Notes: generated by a model from the letters alone, not told the origin. DNA of 64,000 nucleotides from Selaginella moellendorffii (GCF_000143415.4 NW_003314274.1:376806-440805), one strand, 5' to 3'; positions 37,467-52,375 are shown, counted from the first letter of the stretch. A program made the numbers and translations.

Positions 37467-40400
37467 TGTAAGCGACTAAATTTTCCATTCTACTTTAGTC
37501 ACTTAACCACACCTCCGACCACTTGGAGGAGCCTTATTCACAACCTCCATCAGTCCAATTCAGGACTTGGGACTTGCTAGCCCCAAGAATGGCCTCCATG
37601 CCACTCAACACTTGCACCTAGTCCAAGTGCTCCACGTGTCCAGTCCCAAGACCGACACCCAAAGGTACCACTGACACCTCGGCCCGTTACGCTAAGGCCA
37701 TGCCCATTCACCTTTGCTGCACTAGTGGTCCAATACCACTTGCATCACCATCCCGTCTCTCCAAGACTGGGCCATCTGTCCACGAGTGGTCATCCTAGAT
37801 CCACTCCTTAGCATCCTTAGGATGCCCACAGACCTAGGGAATCACCTTCCCCAAAGTCCCTTTGTCAGTTCCTACCAAGTCCCTTTCTGCCTCTGGCCGT
37901 GTTTGCCAACACTGCCACTGGATCGAGGCCCACAGGCCCGACCACTAAGTCCCATGGTCCTCTGGGACTTCCTCACCTCACGACTGTGTCCTTGGTCACT
38001 ACCCCAGAGGACTGCTCCTCTTCCTTTCCACAGTCTAGGCCTTTGGGACAACTTTTCGGAACACCGTGGCCTTACGCGAGCCACCTGGGTACTCTCCCCG
38101 CCTTTCGCCTTTAGGTGCTCTAGCCATGGTCTTAGAGCGAGGTTCCGTTGAGCCACGCCTGGTATCCAAGTAGGTAGTGCCACCCACACTTGGACTGGGA
38201 GCATCGGCCAGTCGATCTCCCGGGGGAACTAGAGTCGGCTCTTGAACACTTCACCAAGCTACCCCGCTTGTCGGTCCGTATTCACTCTAGTCTTGGACTT
38301 CCCAGTGGTCAGTTCATCACCCAACACTGGGTCTGGCCTTCCTGGGCCAAACTGGCCTTTCCTGGGCAAACTGGCTCCACTGCAGTCCTCCCCCTACTAT
38401 ACTTTTGGAGCTCACCAAACCCCCCAGGGTCTGGGAGACGAACGCTTTGGGCTTTCACCCTCTCAGACTCGAACTCGGACTCGGACTCAGACTCGGACTC
38501 GGACTCAGACTCGGACTCGGGCTCGGGCTCGGTCTTAGCCTTGGCCTCGGTCTCGGTCTTGGTCCCGGTCCCGGTCTCGGTCTCAGCCCCGGTCTCGGTC
38601 TCGGTCTCGGTCCCGGTCTCGGTCTCGACCTCGGACTCCATCTCGGGTCCTTCTTGGACTCCATCTCGGACTCCATCTCGGGTCCTTCTTGGACTCCATC
38701 TCGGACTCCATCTCGGACTCCATCTCGGGTCCATCTCGGACTCCATCTCGGACTCCATCTCGGGTCCATCTCGGACTCCGTCTCGGTCCACCTTGGACTC
38801 CACTTCGGGTCCATCTTGGACTCCATATCGGACTCCATCTCGGACTCCACTTCGGGTCCATCTCGGTGTGAGACACAAAATCCCTAGGCCCCAAAGTGGA
38901 GCCAGAATGGCGCCACATGGTAGTGGCCGAAGCGAGAGCCAAACGAGCGTAACACGTTTGGACCAAAAGCTCCGACTTGAAAAGTCAAGAGCGGGAGTGG
39001 AACTCCCAACGAAGTGCTCGAGGAACGAGCACGAAGCGAGCAAAAGGCAAGGCTCCAAAAAGGGACCCAAAAGGACCAACACATGACACGTGGGAGTGTC
39101 CGAGATGGACTCGAGATGGAGTCCGAGATGGAGTCCGAGATGGACCTGAGATGGAGTCCGAGATGGAGTCCGAGATGGAGTCCGAGGTGGACCCGAGATG
39201 GACCCGAGTTGGAGTCCAAAGTGGAGTCCGAGATGGACCCGAGATGGAGTCCGAGATGGAGTCCGAGATGGAGTCCGAGGTGGACCCGAGATGGACCCGA
39301 AATGGAGTCCGAGATGGAGTCCGAGATGGACCCGAGATGGAGTCCGAGATGGAGTCCGAAATGGAGTCCGAGGTGGACCCGAGATGGACCCGAAATGGAG
39401 TCCGAGATGGAGTCCGAGATGGACCCGAGATGGAGTCCGAGATGGAGTCCGAGATGGATCTGAGATGGACCCAAGATGGAGTCCGAGATGGAGTCCGAGA
39501 TGGAGTCCGAAGTCGAGACCGAGACCGGAACCGAGACCGGGACCGAGACCGAGACCGAGACCGAGATCGGGACCGAGACCGAGACCGAGGCCGAGGTCAA
39601 GACCGAGCCCGAGCCCGAGTCCGAGTCCGAATCCGAGTCCGAGTCCGAGTCCGAGTCCGAGTCCGAGTCCGAGTCCGAGTCCGGAGCCTGAGAGGGTGAA
39701 AGCCCAAAGCGTTCGTCTCCCAGACCCTGGGGGGTTTGGTGAGCTCCAAAAGTATAGTAGGGGGAGGACTGCAGTGGAGCCAGTTTGGCCAGGAAAGGCC
39801 AGTTTGGCCCAGGAAGGCCAGACCCAGTGTTGGGTGATGAACTGACCACTGGGAAGTCCAAGACTAGAGTGAATACGGACCGACAAGCGGGGTAGCTTGG
39901 TGAAGTGTTCAAGAGCCGGCTCTAGTTCCCCCGGGAGATCGACTGGCCGATGCTCCCAGTCCAAGTGTGGGTGGCACTACCTACTTGGATACCAAGCGTG
40001 GCTCAATGGAACCTCGCTCTAAGCCCATGGCTAGAGCACCTAAAGGCGATAGGGGGGGAGAGTACCCAGGTGGCTCGCGTAAGGCCACGGTGTTCCGAAA
40101 TGTTGTCCCAAAGGCCCAGACTGTGGAAAGGAAGAGGAGCAGTCCTCTGGGGTAGTGACCAAGGACACAGTCATGTGGTGAGGAAGTCCAAGAGGACCAT
40201 GGGACTTAGTGGTCGGGCCTGTGGGCCTCGATCCAGTGGCAGTGTTGGCAAACACGGCCAGGGGCAGAAAGGGACTTGGTAGGAACTGACAAAGGGACTT
40301 TGGGGAAGGCAACTCCCCAGGTCTGTGGGCATCCTAAGGATGCTAAGGAGTGGATCTAGGATGACCACTCGTGGACACATGGCCCAGTCTTGGAGAGACG

Positions 40401-43400
40401 AGGTGGTGATGCAAGTGGTGTTGAACCACTAGTGCAGCAAAGGTGAATGGGCATGGCCTTAGCGTAACGGGCCGAGATGTCAGTGGTACCTTTGGGTGTC
40501 GGTCTCAAGACCGGACACGTGGAGCACTTGGACCAGGTGCAAGTGTGGAGTGGCATGGATGCCATTCTTGGGGCTAGCAAGTCCCAAGTCTTGAATTGGA
40601 CTGATGGAGGTTGTGAATGAGACTCCTCCAAGTGGTCGGAGGTGTGGTTAAGTGACTAAAGTAGAATGGAAAATTTAGTCGCTTACACTCGGACTCCATA
40701 TCGGACTCCATCTCGGACTCCACTTCGGGTCCATCTCGGACTCCATATCGGACTCCATCTCGGACTCCACTTCAGACTCCATATCGGGCTCCAACTAGGG
40801 TCTTCCTCGGACTCCATCTCGGACACTTCCACATGTCATGTGTTGGTCCTTTTTGGGTCCCTTTTTGGAGCCTTGCTTATTGCTCGCTTCATGCTTGTTC
40901 CTCGAGCACTTTGTTGGGAGTTCCACTCCCACTCTCAACTTTCCCAGTTGGAGTTTTTAGTCCAAACGTGTTACGCTCGTTTGGCTTTCGCTTCGGCCAC
41001 TACCACATGGCACCCTTCCGGCTCCACTTTGGGGCCTAGGGATTTCTAAGATCTCACAACTCCACCACCCATAGACGAAGTTTGATGTCCTCATCGAACG
41101 GTAAACCCTTTTATAAAGTAACACCCGCAGGTATTACCATTCCCATCCTTGGCACCCGGCCAATATTTGTCTATGGTTTGACCCCGAAGGCTCACCATGC
41201 CTTGTCCATCCTCTAAGGAGGATAGTCTCTCCAACTTAGAAACTGATTGGACCACCTGGGGTGGTTCTTTCAGTTTATTAGTTTAGTTCTCGCTAAACCC
41301 GTTAGAGGCACCATCTCTAACTCAATTCCACTACTCATTCTTGAGTAGTCACAAATTCTATTGATCTACCTTTGCACTTTGGAATGTTTACTTTTGACTT
41401 CTTGAAGTCAATTTCCTAGGTGTCTCCGACACCTTGCCTTGCACATTTCGTGCAACTCCACTTCCCCTCCTAGGAAGTTCTCTACTCGAGGGCACCCTCA
41501 TCCTCTTTTCTATTTTTGGTGCCACCATTGGCATTACGTTCCATTTATCATTATTTGTGCTAAGGCTGTCCACGGCCCTATCTTTTGGCTACTTAGTTGC
41601 TCCCTCACTTGGAGCCTTCCCTTTGCTAAATTGGAGCACTTGGGAATCCATCCTTGGAAGTCCACTTCTTTTTCCGCAATTCGTTAGCATCAAACACATT
41701 AGTGTTCCTTGGCTAATTTTGCCACTTGGATTCTTTCCAATGGATTCCACGGCCCTATCTTGGGCACTCGTCTTTTGCTCCTAATATCCTTGGATTGTTG
41801 CACCAAGCAACATAGGATCGCTACCTCCATTTTTGAGGTTTCCTTTCGGTTCCATAGCAAACACTTTGCTTTGCCAAGTCCAAAGGGTGTTCACCCCTAG
41901 TACGTCTCTTTAACATTTTCTGTCGTGGGCTCCATCCACGGCCCAACTTTTTGAGACCCTCCCTTGGATCTTTTATAGAGACTACTTTCCTTGGACTTAC
42001 TATGCTATAGCATTGACATAGCTCATTTCCCTTAGGTGTGCTTCCCACTTGGTCACCTCAACCAAGCCACACCTTTATCAATGGTTCAAATCAACACTTT
42101 GAACTAGGAATCATATTCCTTAACCCAAACAAAGACTTTGTCCTTGTTTAGCCACAAGATCACCTAGTGATCTTATCTTGACCCCTTAATAGGTCTATCA
42201 ATAGGGACTAGGTCTTCCAGACCCTTCTAAGTTGTTGACTATGACCCCGGGGGCATCCCCCACACTTGGCGGTGTGCCCAAGCCAGCCCTTCCGACCAAG
42301 GATCCATAGCAACTGAGACTGGGTGTCCCCATCTCATTCACCACGTCCTTGATGCCCTTTGCACCAAAGTGTTTAAGTTAGATATGCCGAGCTTTCACTC
42401 TAAGCAATCTAACCGTGCATCACGACTCCGAGGCATCCCTCGCTTGGCGGTGTGCCCAAACCAGTCTCCTCACTGAGAGTCCATGACCACCGAAATATGA
42501 GTGTCCTCATATTCCAAACCATCACCACGCCCTAGTGATTTGGGACTCGAACCCAAGCACTAGAGGGTCGGGACTTGAACCCAACCTCCGTATATGCATC
42601 TACGGACGGCATCACCCTAGATGCCTGGCGTGACTCCCCACGCCGGTGCACCAACTTATACTCAAAGCGCGCTATAGATCACAGCTTAGGAACCTAGTTC
42701 CTCCACACTGCCAAGTCCTCTCACTTGACAAGTCTGTGATCATGCATGGACTCCTCCATGCTTGGCCCCATGGCCCACCCTTTTGAAGTTATCACCTTCA
42801 ACTAGGGCATTTGTTTCCCCTGACTTGCCAATCTCGCTTTGGCAAGTCCTCCGACCACTGTAACATGGTTCCTGCACAAGCGTGAAAGCCTTTGATCATC
42901 AACTTTCGTTCAAAGCCCTCTCTTTGAACACTCGGGAACTACTTCCCTAACCTTGATAGCCTTGCCTCATGGCAAGCTTCAAGACCACACTTCTGCTGTG
43001 CCACTCTGATTTCGCGCATTCTTTGAACCATTTACGCTTGGCCTTTCTAGGTACTAAGCTACTTAGAATCATCTTTGGGAACCTTGAAGGAACTCTGTCC
43101 TTTAGTTTGCTAAGGCCTCCCTTTTTGCAAGTTTTCCAATTACCATATAGTCTAACATGGACAATTCCATATTTTAGACTCTCCATGGCATCACGGTTGC
43201 TAGCGGCAACACCCTCGAGCCCCCACTTGATTCTCCACTCCCAGCTGGCATAACCAACCTTGGTTATGCCCTTCGATTCCTATGGTTCGGTTCTACCCCC
43301 TTACTTCTTGCTTTTGGCTTCACACCTTTCCCTTGGTCATTTTCCTCCAGACCAGGAGGATAGCTTTGCACTTTCTATCATGCCTTAGCAAGTATTCTTA

Positions 43401-46400
43401 GGGATGAACCTACCCGATAGCCTAGGGAGTTGTTCCTCAATCCAGGTATGCTCACCCTATAATCCCACACACCGAGATTACGTTGTTGCTTATGAGCCTT
43501 TACATGCCCATCGCTAGCCTTGCCAAAATTCCATTTTTGGCTTTGTCCAGTTCGAGTAGACAGTCTTCTCCTGTCTCTGCAACCTTGGACATTTGGGATA
43601 GCACCTTCTATCCATCATTCGCTAGGGACTTAGTCCCTTGGGCCTTATTTATGCCCTCTCGACATCAAACACCACCTCCTGGTGTTCTAGAGTATTCGGG
43701 TGTCCCAATGACGGCTTCCTTGACAATGAGTATTTCCTTTCATAACATTGACTTACTACATCGCAACATAAGCAATTTATCCCCCGTAAGGGTATATCTA
43801 ACTTCTTTATACGATTAAGAAGTCTTGGGTAGCTACCTTCTACCCGTTTAACCAATTATCTTGCACCTCTTGCTTAGTTGCCCCATAGCTGTCATGTCCT
43901 ACAACTCATTGCTTGGTGCTTCCACACCTCCATCATTATCTGGATCACCACACTCCAACCACATGCTTTGCAACTTAGGCTATGCCATTCCCATTTCCAT
44001 TGGGATTCCTTTGGCAGGGGGTTCTCATGAACCCACCAACATAGCATCAAGGTATCACACGTTGGCACATTTGGTGTCTCCACACCATCGGCTCCACGAG
44101 CCTACCTTTATGACACTTCTTCTTTGTGTCTAAGTCTTTGCCAAGACCAATACCACTCTTTCTCATGCCAACCATCCGTTAGCACTGCACCATAGAGATC
44201 ACACACAACTTTGTTTCAAAGTTGTTTTCTTTTGGGAACACCCTTCCCATGACTTTAGCATGGCACATTTTGCCATCGATGAGATACCCTCTGTTCTCAT
44301 CCTTCGATCCTATGATCCCCCCCCATCCTTCGTGGGGTACAACACACCTCAGTCCAAATGCTTCCATCAATCCTTTAGGACCATTCCTTGACTCTATTGG
44401 AGTCATCCAGCTTTTTGGACTTTGTCATCCGACGACCCATGAGGTCCTATCTTTGAGGTGCCAGCTCACTGGAATACAACTTCTTGTATTCAGGTCCTAC
44501 TCACAAGGACCATCTTTGCAAGTGTTACTCCGACACTTGATTTGTTCTCTTGGGGCAACCTTTTGCCTCTTAGGACCACTTGTCCATGTGATGAGAATAC
44601 CAACTCATCCTCGAAGTACATCCCCAACTCCTTGGGTTGTTCCAGCATTTATTAAGGGTAACCTCAGCTACCATTTCGAGGACTTGTGTCATCTCCTATA
44701 CTTGACCTCCCATGGTCATCAATTCCGGTCTCAAAGTTATGAGCACCGGCCTCAACTATATGAGGGTAATCTTGTGACTCCTTTATTATTTTGGAGTCTA
44801 CATTTTTCCCGTGATCCCAATTATAGTTGTTTACCACAACTGCGTTAGCCCGTTTGCTGCGTCAAACGCTCATCTGGATCACATCCCTAGCTCTCTGAGG
44901 AAACCTTATACTGTTCCCAAGATCCCAAAGTCGTTCTATTATTGGCCCTTTTCTATCCACCACATCGTGCCCAAGTTCACGCATGAACTTTAGTGGAGAG
45001 CCATGTCCTCTCGACATGCTACTCCTCAAGGATAGGCCCACTCCTAGGACCTTCCAATGCCAACATCAATGGTGATATACTTGAGCACCAATAAAAGTCG
45101 GACTAAGGAACAGCTCTGATACCAAGTTGTAAGCGACTAAATTTTCCATTCTACTTTAGTCACTTAACCACACCTCTGACCACTTGGAGGAGCCTCATTC
45201 ACAACCTCCATCAGTCCAATTTAGGACTTGGGACTTGCTAGCCCCAAGAATGGCCTCCATGCCACTCAACACTTGCACCTGGTCCAAGTGCTCCATGTGT
45301 CCAGTCCCAAGACCGACACCCAAAGGTACCACTGACACCTCGGCCCGTTACGCTAAGGCCATGCCCATTCACCTTTGCTGCACTAGTGGTCCAATACCAC
45401 TTGCATCACCATCCCGTCTCTCCAAGACTAGGCCATCTGTCCACGAGTGGTCATCCTAGATCCACTCCTTAGCATCCTTAGGATGCCCACAGACCTAGGG
45501 AATCACCTTCCCCAAAGTCCCTTTGTCAGTTCCTACCAAGTCCCTTTCTGCCCCTGGCCGTGTTTGCCAACACTGCCACTGGATCAAGGCCCACAGGCCC
45601 GACCACTAAGTCCCATGGTCCTCTGGGACTTCCTCACCTCACGACTGTGTCCTTGGTCACTACCCCGAGGACTGCTCCTCTTCCTTTCCACAGTCTAGGC
45701 CTTTGGGACAACTTTTCGGAACACCGTGGCCTTACGCGAGCCACTTGGGTACTCTCCCTGCCTTTCGCCTTTAGGTGCTCTAGCCATGGGCTTAGAGCGA
45801 GGTTTCGTTGAGCCACACCTGGTATCCAAGTAGGTAGTGCCACCCACACTTGGACTGGGAGCATCGGCCAGTCGATCTCCCGGGGGAACTAGAGTCGGCT
45901 TTTGAACACTTCACCAAGCTACCCCGCTTGTCGGTCCGTATTCACTCTAGTCTTGGACTTCCCAGTGGTCAGTTCATCACCCAACACTGGGTCTGGCCTT
46001 CCTGGGCCAAACTGGCCTTTCCTAGCCAAACTGGCTCCACTACAGTCCTCCCCCTACTATACTTTTGGAGCTCACCAAACCCCCCAGGGTCTGGGAGACG
46101 AACGCTTTGGGCTTTCACCCTCTCAGACCACGCTTCTACTGTGCCACTCTGATTTCGCGCGTTCCATGAACCATTTACATTTGGCCTTTCTAGGTACTAA
46201 GCTACCTAGAATCGTCTTTGGGAACCTTGAAGAAACTCTGTCCCTCAGCTTGCTAAGGCCTCCCTTTTTGCAAGCCTTCAAAATGCCACATAGTCTAACA
46301 TGGACAATTCCATATTTGAGACTCTCCATGGCATCACGGTTGCTAGCAGCAACACCCTCGAGCCCCCACTTGATTCTCCACTCCCAGCTGGCATAACCAA

Positions 46401-48564
46401 CCTTGGTTATGCCCTTTGATTCCTATGGTTCGGTTCTATCCCCTTACTTCTTGCTTTTTGGCTTCACACCTTTCCTTTGGTCATTCTCCTCCAGACCAGG
46501 AGGATAGCTTTGCACTTTCTATCACGCTTTAGCAAGTATTCTTAGGGATGAACCTACCCAATAGCCTAGGGAGTGGTTCCTCAATCCGGGTGTGCTCACC
46601 TTATAATCCCACACACTGGGATTACATTGTTGCTTATGGGCCTTTACATGCCCATCACTAGCCTTGCCAAAATTCCATTTTTGGCTTTGTCCAACTCGGG
46701 TAGACAGTCTTCTCCTATCTCCGCAACCTTGGACATTTGGATAGCACCTTCTATCCATCATTCGCTAGGGACTTAGTCCCTTGGGCCTTATCCATTGCCC
46801 ATCGCGACATCAAACACCACCTTCTGGTGTTCTAGAGTGTCCGGGTGTCCCAATGATGGCTTTCTTGACAATGAGTATTTCCTTTTATGACATTGACTTA
46901 CTATATCGCAACACAAGCAACTTATCCCCCGTAAGGGTATATCCAACTTCCTTATGCTATTAAGAAGTCTTGGGTAGCTACCTTCTACCCGTTTAACCAG
47001 TTATTTTGCACCTCTTGCTTAGTTGCCTCATAGTTATCAAGTCCTACAACTCATTGCTTGGTGCTTTCACACCTCCATCATTATCTGGGTCACCACACTC
47101 CAACTGCATGCTCTGCAGCTTAGGCTATGCCATTCCCATTTCCATTGGGATTCCTTTGGCAAGGGGTTCTCATGAACCCACCAACATAGCCTCAAGGTAT
47201 CACACGTTGGCACATTTGGTGTCTCCACACCATCGGCTCCACGAGCCTACCTCTATGACATTTCCCTTTCGTGTCTATGTCTTTGCCAAGACCAACACCG
47301 CTCTTTCTCATGCCAACCATCCGTTAGCACTGCCCCATAGAGGTCATACACAACTTTATGTCAAAGTTGTTTTCTTCTGGGAACACCTTTCCCATAACTT
47401 TAGCATGGCACATTTTGCCATCGATGAGATACCCTCTGTTCTCATCCTTGGATCCTATGATCCCCCCCCCCCATCCTTTGTGGGGTACAACACACCTCAG
47501 TCCAAATGCTTCCATCAGTCCTTTTAGGACCATCCCTTGACTCTACTTGAGTCATCCAACAGTTTTGGACTTGGTTAATCCATAGACCCGTAAGGTCCTA
47601 CTTGTGAGGCACTAGCTCACTAGAATACACTTCTTGCATTCCTGTCCTACTCAAAAGGACTATTTTCACAAGTGTTTCTCCGACACTTGATTTTGTTCTC
47701 TGGGGGCAACTTTTACCCCTTAGGACTACTTGTCCATGTGATGAGAATACCACTCATCTCTATGTACACCCCCCAACTCCTTGGGTTGTTCCAGCATTTA
47801 TTAAAGGTAGCCCCGGCTACCATTTCAAGGACTTGAGTCCTCTTCCGTATTTGACCTTCCACGGTCATTACCTTTGGTCTCACATTCATGAGCACCAACC
47901 TCAATTATATGAGGATAATTTTGTGACTCCTTTATTGCTTTGGAGTCTTTATCTTTCCCGGGATCCCAACTTTAGTTGTTTACCACAACAACCTTAGCCA
48001 ATTTGCTGAGACAAATGCTCATCCGGATCACATCCTCAACTCAATGAGGAAAACCTTGCACTGTTCCCAAGATCCCAAAGTCGTTCCATTATTGGCCCTT
48101 TTCTATCCACCACCTCGTCTACAAGTTCACACATGAACTGTAATGGAGAACCATGTCTTCCCGACTTGCTACTCCTCAAGGATAGGCCCACTCCTCGGAC
48201 CTTCCGATGCCAACACTAGTGGTGATATACTTGAGCACCAATAAAAGTCGGACTAAGGAATAGCTCCGATACCAAATTGTAAGAGACTAAATTTTCCATT
48301 CTACTTTAGTCACTTGACCACACCTCTGACCACTTGGAGGAGTCTCATTCACAACCTCCATAAGTCCAATCCAGGACTTGGGACTTGCTAGCCCCAAGAA
48401 TGGCATCCATGCCACTCAACATTTGCACTTGGTCCAAGTGCTCCACGTGTCCGATCCCATGACCGACACTCAAAGGTACCACCGACATAGCAGCCCGTTA
48501 CGCTAAGGCCATGCCTAATCACCTTTGCCACACTGGTAGTCCAATACCACTTGCATCACAGTCT
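37467..48564 (-). mobile_element. Family B copy 2 (non-coding internal region of about 4 kb), chimeric
   Basis: 3' LTR 37467-41058 (interrupted), PPT complement at 41059, PBS complement 45113-45124, truncated LTR 45128-46128, further internal segment, LTR 48278-48564 cut by the DNA transposon. Confidence 0.85.
38867..40687 (+). mobile_element. Family B solo LTR (1821 bp) inserted in inverted orientation into a family B LTR
   Basis: TGTGAG...GCTTACA termini; TSD CTCGG at 38862-38866 and 40688-40692. Confidence 0.92.
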
Positions 48565-49253
48565 AAGCTCTATTTCGTTAAAGTGGGATTTATTCAGTAA
48601 AATGGGACTAGGTACAAATTTTCAAGTATTTGAAAATGACGTGAAATTATATGTTTTTTGTCTAGGGGCTAGACATATCTGGGGCATGGTGACTAGCGCA
48701 GTGACTTTGTGTCCAGACTGAGTCCATCTGGTTGTATAATAAATCTCATTGTCAAGGTGAACAAGCCGAATCTGAAGCTAAAGAAGAGCGATGGCATGCG
48801 CGCACACACTATTTGTTTGTTCATTGAGCGTGTGGTGAGCTTTCCAAGATGAACGTCATTCCTATTAGCCAGACATATAACTTAATGGTGAGAACATTTA
48901 GATATTATTCAATGTTATCTTTTTCTAACGAATCTAATTGTGAAGGTGTAGCAAGAGGCATTGCTAGTCTGGAGAAGTCATTTAACTCATTTGACCCTTA
49001 GTGTATTTTCATGAAACTAAATAACATTCATATTATTAAGGAATTTCTCTAGTACCTTTTTTTTACGACATAGAGGCTTGCATTTCTTTCAAAGGTGATT
49101 TAGTAAAAGGCTTGAGGGCACATGCCATTCTATTTCTCAGACCGGTATTAAGATATACTAGTGCAAAGGGCCACATGCCATCACGCCTCCTCTGATTCAG
49201 ATTCGGATTGTTCACCTTGAAATAAAATACATTAGAAACTTAGTAAAGGAATA

Positions 49254-52200
49254 TTAATGAATCTCACCTTGAACCCGGGTTATGAATGCTCTTGCTGCAT
49301 CTCTTGCATGGTCTGGCAAGGTGATGGTGGCACTCTGCTTCCGCATCCAACCATGCACAACATTATCCACCGATATGCTCATGCTGGGATCCCTTGGATT
49401 CAGCACCCATCTCTTTTCTAGGCAATCCTTCGTATATCCAGAACTTGGCTTGAACCACTCCACAGTTACATTGAAGGAGTTAGTTTCCGCGTCCTCCTCT
49501 GCATCAGTGATGCAGCGCCCCACCCATATCATTTGTTTTTTATTACTGGGTCTGACAAGCACGACCATTCCTTTGCAGACTTGTACTGGATTGAATGCTG
49601 AATCCGGCTTCTTGTTCCTCGGCCCACAATAGTGATCCTCAACATCGTTATCTGTCACTGCATTTCCAGAGGACATTGTTCCGCTACTATCTGGTGCTCT
49701 GGGTTCTGGCCAAAAGGACTCTTCCAATTCTTCATATACAACCGGCCCATTTTGGATAGCAGATATAATCTTCTCCCAGTATTCGAGCAAAGGCTTGCAC
49801 CTCTTAAAATAGGATTCTCCACCAAACACCAACCCCCTCTTCCAGAAGGCAATATGCTATCTAATCCCGGCCACTATACTTTCCTGGTCTTTGAGTCCAT
49901 CCGGGTGCATCGGCCGTGGGGAACCCTGAGGAATCATAGGTTCCCCAGTTATGGGATCTCTCTTGAAGAGTTCAATGCCGTCCACTGGCAGCCACACTGT
50001 GTCCCATTCTCTCATCTTGTACCTCATCACTGGAGCACCGTCACGCATGCTGAAATGAAACTGAAGAGGCTTGGAGTGGCCAATCAGCGTTTCGGATCCG
50101 TCCCTGATGTAGCCTCTTACAAACCCCTTAAAGTCTGGAACCTCTGTCACAAGTGCAGCTTCAACAGTGCCTTTGATGCAATTTTGGAATTCATCGTAGA
50201 GTTGTGGGAGGGTGAGGACATTGGATCGCCGGAGGGACTCTGCCAGGTGACTGAACATGGCATCGACGTCTTCATGAGTGTGCCCAACCATGAGAAAGCC
50301 AAGTGTAACCGTTTCAAATATGCCTTTGGCAACAAGCATCGCCAAGTACGCGAAGACGTACATGTTTTTGTTCTCACTGCCAGCATTGTCTGTTTGGAGC
50401 AGAAGATGGGGTGGAAGGCCACATCGGCCGCAAGAACTTCCTTGAGATTCTGCTTCGTTTGGATGAGGCTGTGCATTCACCGGGCGACCAGCCTCGTCGG
50501 AATGGCATGAGGCCTCACGTGATAACCCTACAATCTGACGGCCAACATATTCACTGGGATGGCATGGGGCCCCACGCGATACTGCAAGCCTTTGCTCCTC
50601 CTCCAGCTGAACCCTGTATGGGGTTCGATCGACAAGGGCCTTATGCAAGGGTTGGCCGTTCAGCTCAGTCTGCGCACTTTGCAAAGACCTTAAGTGTTTT
50701 GCTAGGGACGCAATCATCATGTTTGCACCCCCGCCACCCCATAGAGGTACAAAGAAGTTCCCATAGTTCTGGGCACCATGCCCATGAGCGATTATGCCAA
50801 ACAGAGACACAGGCAGCTACATGGATGAAGAGATTGCCTTGGGGGCAGGATTGAGTCGAGGTAAGCATGTCTTTTTCTGGTCCATTTTGTCGTGGATGAT
50901 GCAGAGGTAAGAGTCAGGTCTCTCCATGGAGAGAATCCTGTTATGATAATATGCAGTCCTGCAGCTTCTCTGCTCGATGTTGTGGTCGAGCCGCCTTCTA
51001 ACCAACGTCTCTCGCTCTTGAGCGCTGCAAGAATTCTTCGACAAAGCCATTTTGATAGCAGTGCACTCGTCACACTTTGAAAAGCTGGAGTACTTTCCTA
51101 TACTCACATCCCTGAACCTGTTGCTCCACAATCTACTAAATCTAGATTGGCTCAGCTTCCTGTAGCCATTACTCTGGAGTTCCCGATTCACATCTTCCAA
51201 TATGGCCCCCTTGGTATACATGGAAGGGAGAACTCATTGGGTGTCTCGTGTTCCATCTTCCAAGAGGCGGGTTTTATGTGGTTGCTGCTCGCTACATGTC
51301 TCGACAAACCTCTTGAAGATTGCCTCTCCATATACAACATGACCCCTGGTTTTGTGCGTACCGTCGTTCCCATGGACTGCCTGTTGAACCCTTTGTTCCT
51401 CGAACTCAGTTTTGATTCTGTAGAATGTGGTTCGAGGGACTCCATAAATGATTCTCCATGCCTTCATGCAGACCAAACCCCTCTGGAAGACCATGCCCCC
51501 CACCTGATGTTCTGAAGCATCAACAGATGACCGTAATGCCTCATACACAAAATTGCGAGCTGCCTTCCAGGACAATGTCTTGTATCTTGCTCTCTCCTCT
51601 TCAATAGCATCCCAATCAGCATGTTGACAGCACCTCCTCTTGCAACAAGCAACTGTCGAGACCATTCGAACCTCCATCGCCATTTTCTGCCTTTTCGGTT
51701 CGTTGCTCAGATCCCTTTGGCTGCGCTGTAGGAAGGTGTACTTTCTTTTCCCATGAAGAGATGTTCTGTCATCAGTTGTAGTGGTGTTTGATTGTGAATC
51801 CTTCACATTCTCAAACACTAAATGCCTCAATTTCCACCGCACAATGCTTCCAATAGTCAGACTGTTTTCTTCTGTGTTAACAACCTCTAAAATCGCAACT
51901 CCAATATCATCCCAGCNNNNNNNNNNNNNNNNNNNNNNNNNNNNNNNNNNNNNNNNNNNNNNNNNNNNNNNNNNNNNNNNNNNNNNNNNNNNNNNNNNNN
52001 NNNNNNNNNNNNNNNNAAGCCCTCAGCTACCACCTCCCCCTCGGGGTTGTTTAGAAACACCTTCGCCTGAATCCATGTAGCACGATTCTTAAGATCCACG
52101 GAGGGAACATGCGTCGCACTTGCGCTGTCCCCAACATCTGCTTTCTTCTGCAGATTTTTCAAGGCAACAACAACATTTACCCCGACGACCATCTCTCCTC

Positions 52201-52375
52201 GTTCAATAGCGACCACATTCCCATCGAAGACAGTCTCTACTAATACAGCAGCATTGCCTTCCCCAAGCCTTTGACAGTGTATAACAAAGTTCCGATCCAT
52301 AGACACAAGGGTCCCTTTTGCAACTCTCTTCCCACCATTCAAAATGTAAACCTTTTCCCCAACCCTGAAGGCCAT
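49254..52375 (-). pseudogene. Transposase copy 2, three premature stops
   Basis: CGA>TGA (about 51235), CAG>TAG (about 50818 and 49858) relative to copy 1; N gap at 51917-52016. Confidence 0.88.
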
